A stretch of DNA of 62,638 bases, counting the filler, from Sluysia triapertura (Eukaryota), in NCBI GenBank assembly GCA_046118255.1. It is 4 parts of 4 records of this genome, joined end to end, with 100 filler letters (N's around TTAATTAATTAA, not from the genome) between each part and the next. Parts side by side here need not be neighbours in the genome. Positions count along the whole stretch, not along the records: positions 1 to 12,116 come from JBJNIA010137949.1; positions 12,217 to 30,280 come from JBJNIA010182391.1; 2 more parts are not named here. One strand, 5' to 3'. Of the stretch, positions 1-13,832 are shown in pieces (within the stretch, counting starts at the first letter, position 1; the number at the start of each line of letters is the position of its first letter). Position numbers and translations under genes: made by a program. Under the pieces are notes generated by a model. That model worked only from the letters and a program-made list of their open reading frames with translations, did not search any database and was not told where the DNA came from.

Positions 1-520
1 GTATAAATTACGCAACCCTCTTTAAGGTGTTGCACAAAAATGTTACAAGATATTAAGTGTATTTTAATATTCCCAGAAATTATGGTGAATATATAAAAAC
101 TTAACATGTAAAAAATTACTTAATATACATGGATTTTCTTTCTTGATTAAATATTTTTGGATTGCGGTTTTCTCCTTGTTATTCTAAAAATTTTCTATCT
201 ATTTATATTAAACTTATTAAGTCGCCATCTTAAATAATTTAATTATTTCTTTATATATCCTAAAATAAATTAATTTCTTTTCTTTATATTTTTAAAAAAT
301 TCAAAATAATTTTAAAACAAATTAATGAGTTTAAACAAAGATAAATAATTAACAATTTTAAATAAATTTTTTACCTTAATTAAATTATTTCAATATCTTT
401 TAATATTTTTTAATGTTTTTTATAATATTTAATTTTTTAAATATTTTTTTTATATTTATTATGATTTAATAATAATTCAAAATTATTACAATATTTGTAC
501 ATAAAAACGTAATACGTAAT
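1..520 (+). repeat. Dispersed repeat, related copy at about 46600-47150
   Basis: Shared colinear words AAATTACGCAACC, TTCC..ATGGTGAAT, AAAATTACT, CATGGA and CCATCTT, followed by a long AT-rich tract. Confidence 0.55.
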
Positions 521-1582
521 ATTCTGACATGAGTAATCCGCATTATTTCTTTATATAGCAATTTTATTTCGTGTGTTGAATTTAAATATAGCATTGATTT
601 GTTATTTATTATTTATTAGTAAAGAAAAAGTCATTTCGCTTACATTCTTTGTCGAAGCGATCATAATTTTTTTACTAACAGGAATGGATTTAAAGTCATT
701 CTTAAGGAAATTGGAGCACCCTCTATTTGTGATTTGTGTAAGATAATTAAATCCTACAAATGAATCGCACATTACAACTGAACCCATAGGAATAATATTA
801 TTTGCACGCTTCTGAGTAAGAAATAGACGAAAACAACTACAAAATGAAAGAATATATCATCAATCTACAAAGCTACTAGGTAATACTTAACGTTTAAAAA
901 TATTAATGTATTAAAGTATTAAAAAAATTGTATTAACGTACTATTTCAAAATGTAAAAGTGAAAAATTGACTCATCTTGGTATCTTATTACAGAAATATA
1001 AGTAATTTTTAGTACAAGTTAATTTTTACTTATATAATAACTTTTTACTTTCAATAATAATATTATTACGAATAATTATTAATAATTAAAATGTTTCTAA
1101 AACTTTTATTCTGATTATTTATGTAATTAAAAAATTAGTTATGAATATATTATGATTATGTTTTTATTTTTATCTTTTTATCATTTTGGTTTCAAAGTGC
1201 ATTAAGCAGTTTTATTTTATTATAATTTAGATTAATAAACTCAGAAATACAGTTTTATGTATTTTTGATGTTTGAATTTATTTACTTTGCGAATAATAAT
1301 ATTATACAAATATTAAAATTTTTGGAATTTTAATTATTTAATTCATAATAAAATGTAATAATTTTAATATCTTTTAATATTTGAATTTTTACCTTAGCAA
1401 TAATAATAACATATAAATATAAATAATTTGGATATTTTATTAAATTTAAAATAAATTTATTTGCAATTTTATAATATGTACACGAATTGTAATTTTAAAT
1501 AAGATTTTATGATCGAAATATAATTTTTAAATTGTAATATAATATAATATTAAATTTCATGATTTATCGAAAATAATTGAGT

Positions 1583-2461
1583 ATGAGTGAAGATTCAGAC
1601 AACGTCAAAGTTGTTGTTCGTTGTCGACCATTAAATGAAAAAGAATTAGTTCAAGGATGTCGGATGGCAGTTGAGGTTTTCTTGTTAATGATTTTTTGAT
1701 TTATTGGTTAAATTTAGGTTAATGAAGTTCAAGGCAGTATATCAATATCTAGTAAAAATGATAGAAACGAAGGTGTGAAACAGTTTACGTTTGATTTTGT
1801 GTTCGGACCCAGTAGCAAACAAGTTGATATATATAATAAAGTTGCTAGAAAAATTACAGATTCAGTTTTAACGGGATACAATGGTAGACTCAAATTTTTT
1901 TATTTTAATATTTTAGGAACGATTTTTGCGTATGGTCAAACTGGCACTGGAAAGACTTTCACTATGGAAGGTGTACGGGATGTTCCAGAACTAAGAGGTA
2001 TTATACCAAATTCATTTGCGCACATATTTGGAGCAATTGCAAAAGCTGAAGATAATGTCCGCTTTTTAGTTCGAGTTTCTTATTTAGAAATATACAACGA
2101 AGAAGTAATTAAAAATAATTTTTTTAATCTGTTAAGGTTCGCGATTTATTGGGAAAAGATCAAACTCAACGATTAGAAGTTAAAGAACGACCAGATATAG
2201 GAGTTTATGTTAAAGATTTATCAACTTTTGTTGTTCATGGAGCAGATGAAATGGATAAATTAATGACTATTGGAAATAAGAATAGTTAGATTTATTCTTA
2301 ATGATAAAAACATGTATTCAGGAGTAACTGGAGCTACAAACATGAATGAACACAGTTCACGTTCTCATGCAATTTTTACTGTAACAGTTGAATGTAGTGA
2401 AACTTTTAGTGACGGCCAAACGACATTTAGACAAGGAAAACTTCATTTAGTCGATTTAGCT
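1583..2461 (+). CDS. KIF3A: Kinesin-2 motor subunit KIF3A, 5' part. Exons 1583-1675, 1718-1883, 1917-2104, 2137-2284, 2322-2461; downstream exons not found in this contig
   Basis: Spliced translation [21 protein letters not shown]...[38 protein letters not shown]...[29 protein letters not shown]...[11 protein letters not shown]...GKLHLVDLA closely follows KIF3A. GT-AG introns are 42, 33, 32 and 37 nt, and a GT donor follows at 2462. Confidence 0.93.
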
Positions 2462-2789
2462 GTATGTTTGAGTTAATTATTAAAAGGTTTCTAATAATTA
2501 ATAAACTCGCAATACATTATTTAGATTTCATAACCAATGTCATTTGAGTGCCAATAAAAATCTTTGTGATTAAAATAACATTCTTTAAATTCAGCTATTG
2601 ACAACTTATTCGGTTCTTTATTTATTTTAAACGAATTACGACTTACTGACATTTGAACCGTAATAGTAAAAATATTGAATCTTTATCATTATGAGTTTAT
2701 TCACATTTTTTCACAAGTAAAGTTTTACATCACTGTCTTTACGTTTATGCGTATTTCCAAATTAAGTTTAGAATTATCTTTAACAATTA

Positions 2790-3600
2790 TGTCATAATAA
2801 TATTCATTATTCATAAATTTCATTCATAATAATATTCATTATTCATAAATTTCATTCATAATAATATTCATAAATTTCATAATAATATTTATAAAAGTAA
2901 TAACATTGGCATTTTAATTCATTTATTTAGTATTTTAATAAATTTAGTATTTTAATTTAATAAATTTCATAAATTTAAAAAAAAATAATAACATTAGTAT
3001 TTTAATTTCATAAATTTTAACATTAGTAATTTAGTATTTTAATTTAATATTGATATTTTAATAGTAGTATTCATTTCGTAGATTTAGAAATAAAGCAATA
3101 AATAAATTATTATTGTTATTATTATTTATTATTAATGTGATTCATGTTCTAAATATTTCAATTATTATTATTGTTATTAGAACAGTAAAATTATATTAAT
3201 AGAATTGTTCAATCTGTTAAGATTTATTATTATTATTATTGTTATTATTAATATTGTAAAATTATTAATAGAATTGTAACCAATTAAAATTATTACTGTT
3301 TATTGTATAGAATTAAACTATTTTGTAAAATTTATATTTAGAAAATTATAGAAAAAATTGTAATTATTTAGAACAAAATTTTTACTTTTATTATAGAATT
3401 AAATTTAACTATTTGAAAAGTGGAATATAAAAAGAGAGACAGTAATCATAAAAAACATTACTTGTGGATCAATCTACCATATTGTGATCGAGTTATCAAT
3501 CATTGATCGAATTACCATTTCTTGTCGCCAGTCATTCTTCGTTGATCGAGTTATACCATATTGCAAGTTATTTTCAATCCGTATAATAATAAAGGAATTT
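2790..3600. repeat. Dispersed repeat in the KIF3A intron, including a 32-nt tandem unit at 2793-2890; inverted copy at about 45420-46170
   Basis: 3418-3560 (AAGTGGAAT..TAAAAAGAGAGAC..TAATCATA..TTGTGGA.CAA.CTACCATATT..TGATCGAGTTA) matches the reverse complement of 45470-45622. Confidence 0.7.
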
Positions 3601-6600
3601 CAAGACTTATTAAAATTAACTGTGAGTAACTCTTTATTATTTTATTTTTATTTCTACGAACTATTAATAAAATTAAATATTTAATTAATTATTATTAAAT
3701 AATTTTTTGATTTTGTTTTGTTTCTTCTAATTTTACATAAATTAAATCTAAACTTAAAAAACACTTAAATAAAGTTAAAATAAACAATTTACTAATCTTT
3801 TAATAAACTAAGCCATCTAAGTAAGAGTGATACCACATAGAAAAATGAAACTATTAAGCATTTTTATCCTAAACAATTAGGACGAGTATTGTAATTCACG
3901 CCTCTAATTAAGTTTAATATTAAGTGATAATATCAAGAGTATAAGACAATCGTGAATTTTATAAAGCAATTTGAATTGATAACATATAGTGAAGATTTTA
4001 ATAGTATAAAATAATATTCGAAAATTTTGGCAATTGATAAGTAGAAGTTAAGTTCTTAAGATAAAAAAGAAAGATAAGTCAAGCGTTAAATAACTAAATC
4101 AAAAACAGTAAATAACAAAATTTATTACAGACATATTAATCATTTAATACTCTCCTAATTCATCGATTTTTGATTGATTTATTTATTTCATTAAAATATT
4201 CTAGATATTATACTTTAATCTAATATACTTTAAATCATCTGAAAATCATTTAATTTATACTGTTGTGTATTTCTTAAATCATTACACTCAGACATAATGA
4301 ATTAGCATCACAATGTAATTAATAATTTTCCATAATATTATTTATAAATCTACCTGAATCAATATTGAATTCAGAGTCATATGGTATTTTAGTACATGCA
4401 TAATAAGCTGGATTTGCTTCTTTATTACATTCAATACATTCAATTGCCAAAGTATAATAGAACAAATAACCTATTGTTATTTAAATTAAATATATTATGA
4501 GCAGCTTTACAACATTTTCCATTAAAAAGACCATTATCTCTAAATATATGAGTATTATTTAATAGTTTATCAAAATAATAATAGCATTTGGATTTGCTGT
4601 TCATCTTTTGTCATGATTATTTGTTTCTTTATCCTTGATATCTGTGAAAATATAATGTCTAATTCTACTAACACATTCACGAAAACATCTGGACAATCAT
4701 GACCAAAATATTCTTAATATTTTTAGAATATATAAACCATAAGAAACCATTGTAATTTCTAAGCAAAGTTCTGGTTTTAGTTTTATATTATCTGAAGAAA
4801 TTTGTTTTACATTAGTGTCCGCATATGACTGAATTCTATTATTCAAAATCAACATACAAGTTCTGACACAAATATTTACTAAATTCTAAATAATCTTACT
4901 GAAATATTATCTTAGTCTCTATTTAATGATTATATTAATTTTATATCTAGAGTAGATCATGAAATTTAAACAATAATATTTATTTTTTGGACAATTTCAT
5001 AAAAATACTTCAACATTTTTACACAACGAGTGTAATTTACAATTAAATAAATCTAAGTAATTTGAACACTATTTCTATAATCGTATACATATAAAATATA
5101 TTGACTTTATTGTTTGTTTATTAAATTGTTTAATTTCTTCTATTGTCACCGAAAATTTATATCCACAATTTTTAATTCATCAATATAATTTTTCTGAATA
5201 AGATGCTGCAGGATGTAATTATGTTATTGTATAATAAGAACAATAATGATTATTTTAAATATTGAAAACATGCGGTGTAAATGATAATTTGATGTAACAA
5301 CCAACCCCATAAGATATATATTGATAAATGTATAAAACTATTGAATTTATTTTATCAATTACCCATCCTAATTGAATTTAAATTAACTTTTTAACTCTTT
5401 AAATTCAAAGCCCAAAAAACAGTTTAAAATTTTGGTTGGATTTCGATACCACTTAATTAATCAATCAGTTTACAGATCACTACAAATCTTTCATTTATAT
5501 TGATAATTCAGTAAGTTTATAATTGATAAAGTTATTAACTTAGATTTCACGAATTTTCAAGCTAGCTTAAGCTGTTAAAAACTCATTTCCAAAATCTTTA
5601 TTCAATATACAATAAGAGAAATCTTACTCAATAATATTGTATTTATTTTGTATATATTTGTATAACATTTTTTACATTATAATTATTGTATAATATGCAT
5701 TCGTTATTAATTTTTCTTTTTATAGTTAACACAACAAAGTTAGAAAGCGTTCATAATTGTAGCCCTTATTAAATAAAACAATTAATTGTTAACTAACGAA
5801 ATGAATCTTTTAAAGATCACACTTCTATTACAAGTCTTCTAAGACATAAACCGTATAGCGTAGGTGGACTTCGACTTCATAGAGGAACCCCAGCAATTAT
5901 GATTTACCGAAGCTAGATCATGCTCGTTGGTTACATTTAAGAAATATCCGAAATTATTTTCTAAATTTACGTTACATACAAACTATTCAGATGCAAAATG
6001 TCATTCACAAAACAAGAAAGAATAATTTTTAAAATGATCGAAGCATACATCCTTTTGGGTTTAAGTTTAAATGAAAACAAAACATTTCGAAACAGTGATA
6101 ACAATCTTGATTATAGACAGTGCAGTTCTAACAATTTGTTAAATGATTTCAATACCACAAATGAATTCCTTCTTATTAAAAGACGTATCAAAGGGTTCAT
6201 AATTATTAACAACCACAAAGATTCATTCCTGTGCATAATTTAACTCTACAATCTCCCATTACTCTGTCCTGATTAATGCATGGCTAATAAGTTCAAAATT
6301 CATTATTTATTTATAGATAGATTAACAAATTATAACAAAATATCTTCTTAGAACACAAATGATTTTTTAATTAGATCATTTATAACCCATTCACAAACAC
6401 TAACTTCCAATCGAATTTCAAGTCTTAGTTACTTAAAGATAATAAAAAAATTAAACCAACAAATTAACCATTATGAAATCTATATCTCTTGTGATAGAAG
6501 TGAAGATGTTTCAAGTTTCAATTCCCATCTGCATGTACCCGCTCGCTTAGAGCGGAAAAGAGAAGATCGTTGTACAACTAAGTCAAAACATCGCTCTAGA

Positions 6601-9600
6601 TGTTATCAAACAGTACTATTCATGCATGCATAATGTAAATATTATAGATTCATTCATTATACTTTTATTTTTGTATTATTCGAAATATGAATATTTTTAT
6701 TTTTATGTATTTTAAAACCAATACACCTTACCCTTGTTTATAAAAAATTAAATGTGTGGTGCGCCTTAGTTTATTATCATGAAATCAATGTATTCAAATC
6801 GAAAATAGATAATCATTAAAAACTTTAGGTAAGAGGAATCAATATGAATGGTTCACAACGTTGTCAATATGGTATTCGAGTTGAAATACACTCTAGCCAC
6901 CTTTCTCAATCATTTTATGATCATCTAAATTTAATACATGTAATAATATACATTCGTTCATAAAATATGATTCGAATAACTATTCTACTATAAGATTTAA
7001 ATTTAAAATCCAGTTGAGTTTTTATCATGATAAAATTATCGAGAATAATTGGTTGTACGATCCTCACTCAATCATAAATCAACCCCAATAACACCATCAT
7101 TCATGTTATCATTCTTAATAATCATAATCTTATTAATTTTATAAACAAATTTAAATCCCACTCAGTTTCAATCCATATTCTTTGAAATAACAACATCAGC
7201 TTTAATTTATCATTTTTTCAACGACCACAATTCTAGAATGTTTAACATACTTCTACAAGTACTATTTCGCTAGGTCCACGAATACTTATCTATACATTCT
7301 TGCTAAACATTTATCCTCAATAAGAACAAGTAATTATACACTAACAGAAAAAACACTTTTGATTTCTTGCGTTACCTCCGTTAATTTACATCTCACGACT
7401 CTATTTTTCTACGAATGTTACATTTTCATTCGATGTGTAGTCTTTTCAAAAATACTTTAATTAAATTAATTAACAAATGTACTTTTATCAATTGTATATA
7501 TAAAACATATATCTTATCTAAAATATCATGCATAAATAGTAACACGATTTATCCATTAATCATCTTTACTACCAGGTTAAATGACAAAGATGTTAGTTTT
7601 GATTCCGAACAACATTCGGTTATTCGTTCCAGATGTAACCTTAATTTTGTTAGATAATTATAAGTTAATTTTTGTTAAGCTGTATCCTTAAATAATTTAA
7701 AGATTAAAATCTGACGCAAATTTATTAAATCTTTATATTACTAGAATAATTCTAGCATCAAAATCTATCTACATTTATTATTAAGGAAAGATCTTAATAA
7801 TTTAGTCTTTTATCATATTTTGTATTATAGTATAATTCTTTTACGTAAAGTTTTGCATATTTTAATATAAAATTGATAAAATTTTAATAAAAGTTTCGGT
7901 ATTCAATCTAGTTTACATAGAAGTTTATTATCTAACATTTAAATTAATAATCAATTTGATCATTCGACTTCCAGGAGTAGAATTAATTTTAAAATATTAG
8001 TATTTTTAAAACATTACAAAAGAGTAAACTTTAGAAAATAAATAAAATAAGATCTCCAACAGATTTAATCGCACTCATATAATAAACCAAATCCAAGAAC
8101 GTAAATTGTTGATTATAGGTGGACCCATAAAATTCATTATTTTGTAAGATACTTTTAGGAAAAAGGACAAAATTTCCTTTTTGAAAAATTTAAATTCTGT
8201 TTAAGTACAATTTTAAAAGTTAGTATTTTCCTTTTGTTTTAGAAAATTATACAAATTATTACTATAATATAATTCGAAATAAAAATTTTCGTTTAATAAA
8301 ATTATTAATATAATTATGCCAAAATGTTCGAAAACTAAATACAACTCAAAATTAAAAAGCAGTAAATATTCGTCCTACAATCAAAATGCGAATAGCGCCT
8401 ATCCAGAATCAAAATACGTGTTAATAAATATATATTCAGGAATATTAATAAATACACAGCAATCAAACTAGTAATAATATTTATAAGTTGTAAGTTGTGC
8501 GTAGTGAAAAATCACTTTTATTTATATTAATTTTTTGGCCAATAGCTTATTCTAGAATAATTTATCTACAGTTAATTTTTTATATCTACCTTAATGGTTA
8601 ATTTTATATTAAAACAAACAGTAAGTAAATTCTAAAGATTCTATTGTTATATATTAGTTATTATATTTTATTAGTTATACAAAATATAGTAGATTATTCA
8701 ATGGATTATTATTTTGTTCGTTTTCACTATATGCATTTATTATATTATTCTGCATTACAATAATATAATAATGATAATATAGAAAAATATATAATAAATT
8801 ATAACATAATATAAACAATGTAGAATAACATAATATTGATAAAATTCTTATAATTATAATGTAAACAATTTGTACGCAACAATTGACAAACGTGGAATGA
8901 CTGAGAATAGTATGGTGCTCTAACTAGGTTCGAATGTTGATTGAAAATAAAATCATTTTTAATAGAGATAGTACGAAATTAAAATATATAAACATTAGCA
9001 AAACATTAATAAAATGTCTCAATGTTTTAGGAAGGCTTGAACACTCTATAAAAATAAAATCATCTTAAATTGAGATTGTATAGAAATAATGTGAAATTAA
9101 AGTTTGGGAACATTAAAAACCAATATTATAATTGATAAGATGAATTATTATATAGAAATAATTTGAAGTCAAAATTTATAAACACTAAACTTCAATATTA
9201 TGATTTATTAAATAAATAAAATCCTTTTAAATTAAGATCAGATAAAAATAATATGAAATTTAAAAACAAATCATATTAAATTCAAATTGTGTGAATAAGT
9301 GTGAAAATTTTAATCTGGTTTTAATAATATTTTGCGCATTCGGCCGAAAATAAATAATTTATACTGTCAATTATAATTTATTTGTTTGGATTATGTAAAT
9401 GATTTCTATGATTATAATTTGATTAATTAACTCGTACAATTATAATGATTTTATAATAATTTGTTATCAATTTGTTCGAACTATTGTGAATAATTTGAAA
9501 ATCAATTAAACTGTTGGATATCTCACACACCACACACAACTATTGATTATTATTAGCAACATATATAATTCATTTTATTGTTATTGGTTATTACTTATTA

Positions 9601-10739
9601 TTAGACTATAAATACTACGTTGTCATTGATTATTACATATTTATTGATTTTATGTTGAATTTTAGTCGGAATAATAATAACCAGAGTGTTTAAATAATTT
9701 TATTTTTAAATTAAATCAAAAAATTTCTAAATTAATATTTTATCAACGTTGGCAGCTAAAATATTTTAATAAAACTTTTAAAAATTAAATTTTGTTTAAG
9801 GTCAACCAAAAAAGATTATAAATATAAGTTAAAAAATTTCAAAAAACAATTTTTTACTCGTTTTGTTAATTTACTTCGATTAACTTTGGCATCCAAGTGG
9901 CCAGCATCCAACGTTGTTAAAATCATTAGTTTGCTATTATAAGCTTCGTATCGTAAGGTACATTTGTAAAATACCTACTTAAAATTCCAAATTTTTCTTA
10001 ACGTTTTTTTCTGGAACTGTTTAATAGCTCCATTTGTAAAATATTTCTTAAAATTGCAATTTTGAATTAACTTTTGTTAATTGCCATAAATTTATCATTT
10101 AATATTATCATATATTTGTTGTAACCAGTTAAATTTTTTTGTAATAAACCTTAGTGTCATAAACAAGACTTTTTTGATTTTATACCCTAAAATAAAAGAA
10201 ATTAGTATAAAAATTATTCGAATCTTTTAACAGATTCTACGTGTGGTGGCCAACCTTATCACTTAAAATTTTAATTCAACATTACACATTAAAATCACAT
10301 TTCATAACATCTCATATGTTACTATTACAGATTCATTAAAATTGATGACACTTTAAATCATTTTAAATTCACATTTTCACAAAATTAAAATCATAATCAA
10401 CATCCAAAATCATCAAATGTACATTTCAAAGTTAATTCAAAACATTTTGAGTTCACAATTCTTCAACATTCAAATCATTAATAATATTGAAAAACATTAA
10501 ATTTACATTTCAAAGTTATTGTAAAACATCTTTACAATCAAAATGGAATTGCTTTTAACATATTTAACTACGTTGTTATTTTTTTAGTAATGGATAAAAG
10601 CTGCTGAAAAGATAATTAGAATCAATGAGATGTAAAAGAATTTATAGATACGTAAAAGAAGCAGAAATTCATGTAATTTTTTTAAAACTTTTAAATAAAG
10701 ATATAAAGAAAATAAGTTTTATGTAAATTAACTTCATGT

Positions 10740-10743
<4 letters not shown>

Positions 10744-10780
<37 letters not shown>

Positions 10781-10857
10781 GTATTTTAATTTTATTTCAT
10801 TGTTATCAAATTTTATTATTATTATGCTCAATTTTATTATTATTATCAATTTAATTT

Positions 10858-10910
<53 letters not shown>
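10744..10910. repeat. (TTA)n microsatellites (10744-10780, 10859-10910)
   Basis: Read directly from the sequence. Confidence 0.95.
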
Positions 10911-11275
10911 GTTAAGGATTTTATTACTATTAATTAGATTTACTAACATTCACACTATTATCATTAATTAATGTTTTAATGACCATTATCATCACCATTT
11001 TGACCATTATTTCGGCTGTCAGTTTGGACAGCTACTTAATTTTTACAATAAAATCAGATTACATTTAACGTCAGCATAGTTATAGCTCAATAACTATTCG
11101 TAACAATTGAGTTGTATAACATTTGGATTTTTATAGGCCTTTTCATGAGAATAAAAATAGAAACAGAATTATTAGTAAAAAATTAAAATTCTCAAACAAA
11201 AAATTAATAGGAAAATTAGTTAAAATTAGTCAATTTACTGAAGTATAAATAAAATACAAGTTTATATACAACTCA

Positions 11276-11948
11276 TTGATGATCTTATTTATTTCATCTA
11301 TAATTATGTATTACAACAATATGTTTTCAATATCTATAACATCTTCAACCACTACAACTGTTTCCACCGCTATTTCTAGTGAGTGTGCACAAGCCACAAA
11401 GTTACTCGTAAAATTACCTACAAATACGAGATTTCAGAGACGTGAAAATAAACTCGGCATTTTGAATATATTAAATGATAATTCTTCTAACATTCTACAG
11501 AAATGTTATCCAGCAGATCATAACGATATCATCGAAAATAACATTAATTTAAATGATAAAGCAATGATGAACCACCTACCTAACATTCGAGTTCTTTGCA
11601 ACGATTCCAATTCAAATGAAAAAGGCAATACCATTAACAAAGAATAAGTTGTCTAATCACAGGTCTATGGCCCATTACATGAATGCATGTTCCCCTATAA
11701 CTATTGAACCATTTAAAGAATTGTTAAAGTATTCAGATTCTCATACGCCTAGTAACATGGTACCAAATTATGACAATGATATCCTTTGCAACAAGAGTGA
11801 CAAAGAGCTAATGCGTTTCAGAAATTTGCAAATTTCTTCAATAACTGACAAAAGAAATTTTCATCATAATGAATCTACACCGTTTAGAAATTTTATAAGA
11901 TGTAATGCGAGTAATGATGAATTTCCAATTATAATTAATTCAAATTAA
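11276..11948 (+). pseudogene. Frameshifted orphan ORF (11276-11647 plus 11616-11948), homologue of 27590-29179
   Basis: SSNILQ / YP..DIIENNINLNDKAMMNHL / KGN / TIEPF occur in the same order as SSNLMQ / FPCITDIISSN..ITLNDVNRVMNKL / KGN / TIEDF in the 529-aa ORF. Confidence 0.6.
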
Positions 11949-12116
11949 AGTGTGGAGGGCGTTACAATTTTGCTATATTTTTTAACTTTAATTTTTATGT
12001 TATTTTTACTTTTAAAAATATTTAACTTTAAGATAAATTTAATTACAATGAAATAATTAAATAATTCTAACTTAAAATTTAACAAAAAGGGCTTAAGGCC
12101 CAAAACAATTATAAAC

Positions 12117-12216
12117 NNNNNNNNNNNNNNNNNNNNNNNNNNNNNNNNNNNNNNNNNNNNTTAATTAATTAANNNNNNNNNNNNNNNNNNNNNNNNNNNN
12201 NNNNNNNNNNNNNNNN
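12117..12216. other. Artificial contig spacer (44N-TTAATTAATTAA-44N)
   Basis: Identical 100-nt structure at three places; the 12-mer gives stops in all six frames. Confidence 0.95.
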
Positions 12217-12781
12217 CTTTATACAATATTTTTGAATCCACTGAAATACCACAAAAGAAAAAGTCATTTATTAGTAGACCTAAGTGCTACAAAGTACCCA
12301 GAATCATATTTTTTACGTTGAGTGGATCAATTATTTCATTTGGTATACTGTTCATATTTTTAGGGATTGACTGGTATTTTGATGCCTCAAAATATTCCAA
12401 ATTTGCTGACCCAGCTTCTCTAAAACAGTTTCGTACTTATCAAATTTTATGTTGTAGAACTCAAGCTGAATCATTGTGTTATTTACAGCAAATTTTGATG
12501 TTGAAATATTCTAAAGTGTTGTCAAATAGTACTTGTATCATTCGCATAGTAGCTGGATCTAATGCAAGAAAATAGATAAATTAAACAAGATACTAGAAAA
12601 TTGTGAAATCTTGAAAATAAAGATTTTTTACATCAGTCTGAAGCAAACGACATAATTCTAAATTTAAAAGATGCATCAACCAAACAATTCATAAATAAAA
12701 TTAAAATTTATCAAAGAATTCTCAACTAATAAATAAAAAGTCAATAATAACTTAAAACCTATTTTAATTAGTTATCGTGAA

Positions 12782-13532
12782 ATGTCATCAAATGTTTTAA
12801 GTCATTATCAGTTGAAGGTGAGCGTTCTTGTCGAGACAGTATTCGTAAACAAAATGTACATTCTGCCATAACCAAAGAAGCTTGTCGTTATTTGATGAAT
12901 AATATGATGTTAAATGTTGAAGATTTGGGTAGAGAATGTATTATTAATTGTGCCAAAACAGCAATGTCCAGTAAACTTATCCAAGTCGATATAGATTTTT
13001 TTGTTAAGATGACAGTTGATGCAGCAATGGCTATAAAGGTTGACAAAAAAGATAGTAGTGCATCATATCCAATAGGTTCTATCAATGTTTCAAAGGCTTA
13101 TGATCGTTCAACGAGAGAAAGTGTCCTTTTAAATGGTTATGCACTTAATTGTACGATGGTAAGTTTTCAGACGCCAAAGTTAATTATAGATGCTCATATA
13201 GCATTGTTGGATTTTAATCTCCAGAAAACCAGATTGAAGTTAGGTGTTCAAATTTTAGTCAGTGATCCTGACAAATTCGTAAACGTGAAAGTGATATAAC
13301 TAAAGAACTAACAGAAAATATTAAAAGCTGGTGCTAATGTAATTTTGACTAGCGGTGGTATTGATGATCTATGTATGAAATACTTTGTCGAAAGTAAAAC
13401 AATGGCAGTACATCGTTGTAAAAAACTGATTTAAAACGAATTGCTAAACCAACTTGTGGCACATTATTATGTACTATGTCAATTTTAAAAAATGATGATG
13501 AAGTTTATGATCCATCTATGTTAGGTCATACT
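12782..13532 (+). pseudogene. TCP1: TCP1/CCT1 (chaperonin alpha) intronless pseudogene with an internal deletion of about 100 codons and frameshifts
   Basis: LSVEGERSCRDSIRKQNV runs directly into KEACRYL...LGRECIINCAKTAMSSKLI...GYALNC...LDFNLQKTRLKLGVQILVSDPDK...ILKAGANVILTSGGIDDLCMKYFVE...YDPSMLGH. Confidence 0.9.
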
Positions 13533-13832
13533 GATTTAGAACCTGGAACAATGGATTCTTTAAAATGTGTAATAGTCGGTAATTTATTTCGACCTTATAA
13601 TTCAATATTTGCAAGTACTGAAGCTGGAAACAATTGAGCTCAAGAACTCTATACTGATAGAACAGAATTAATTGATAGTGTCATCGAAATTGTTCGTAAA
13701 GAATCAGAAAATTGTGAATGTTTGCAAGAATTTCAAGTAATGGATGCTCTCTGTGGCGGTATTGGTGTTGGAATGGAGACATTATTAATTAGCAAAATTG
13801 TAGAATAATTTCCAGATCGTATTGCGTGTACA
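13533..13832 (+). pseudogene. TUBB: Beta-tubulin fragment (about residues 67-166) fused in frame to the TCP1 pseudogene
   Basis: [91 protein letters not shown], with stops at 13635 and 13806. Confidence 0.92.

Larger units (their letters stand above)
10242..11948 (+). mobile_element. Orphan-ORF element family, copy 1 (leader plus truncated ORF)
   Basis: Starts TGTGGTGGCCAACCTTATCACTTAAAATT, matching the reverse complement of 18624-18653. It has a C/A-rich leader and an ORF with peptide matches to the 529-aa ORF. Confidence 0.6.

Noticed and set aside
12161-12172. TTAATTAATTAA palindrome repeated three times between N runs
   Set aside because: Identical 100-nt construct each time; an assembly or concatenation linker, not biology.
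12364-12575. Possible exon GIDWYFDASKYSKFADP...
   Set aside because: No recognisable family and no partner exons; cannot be supported.
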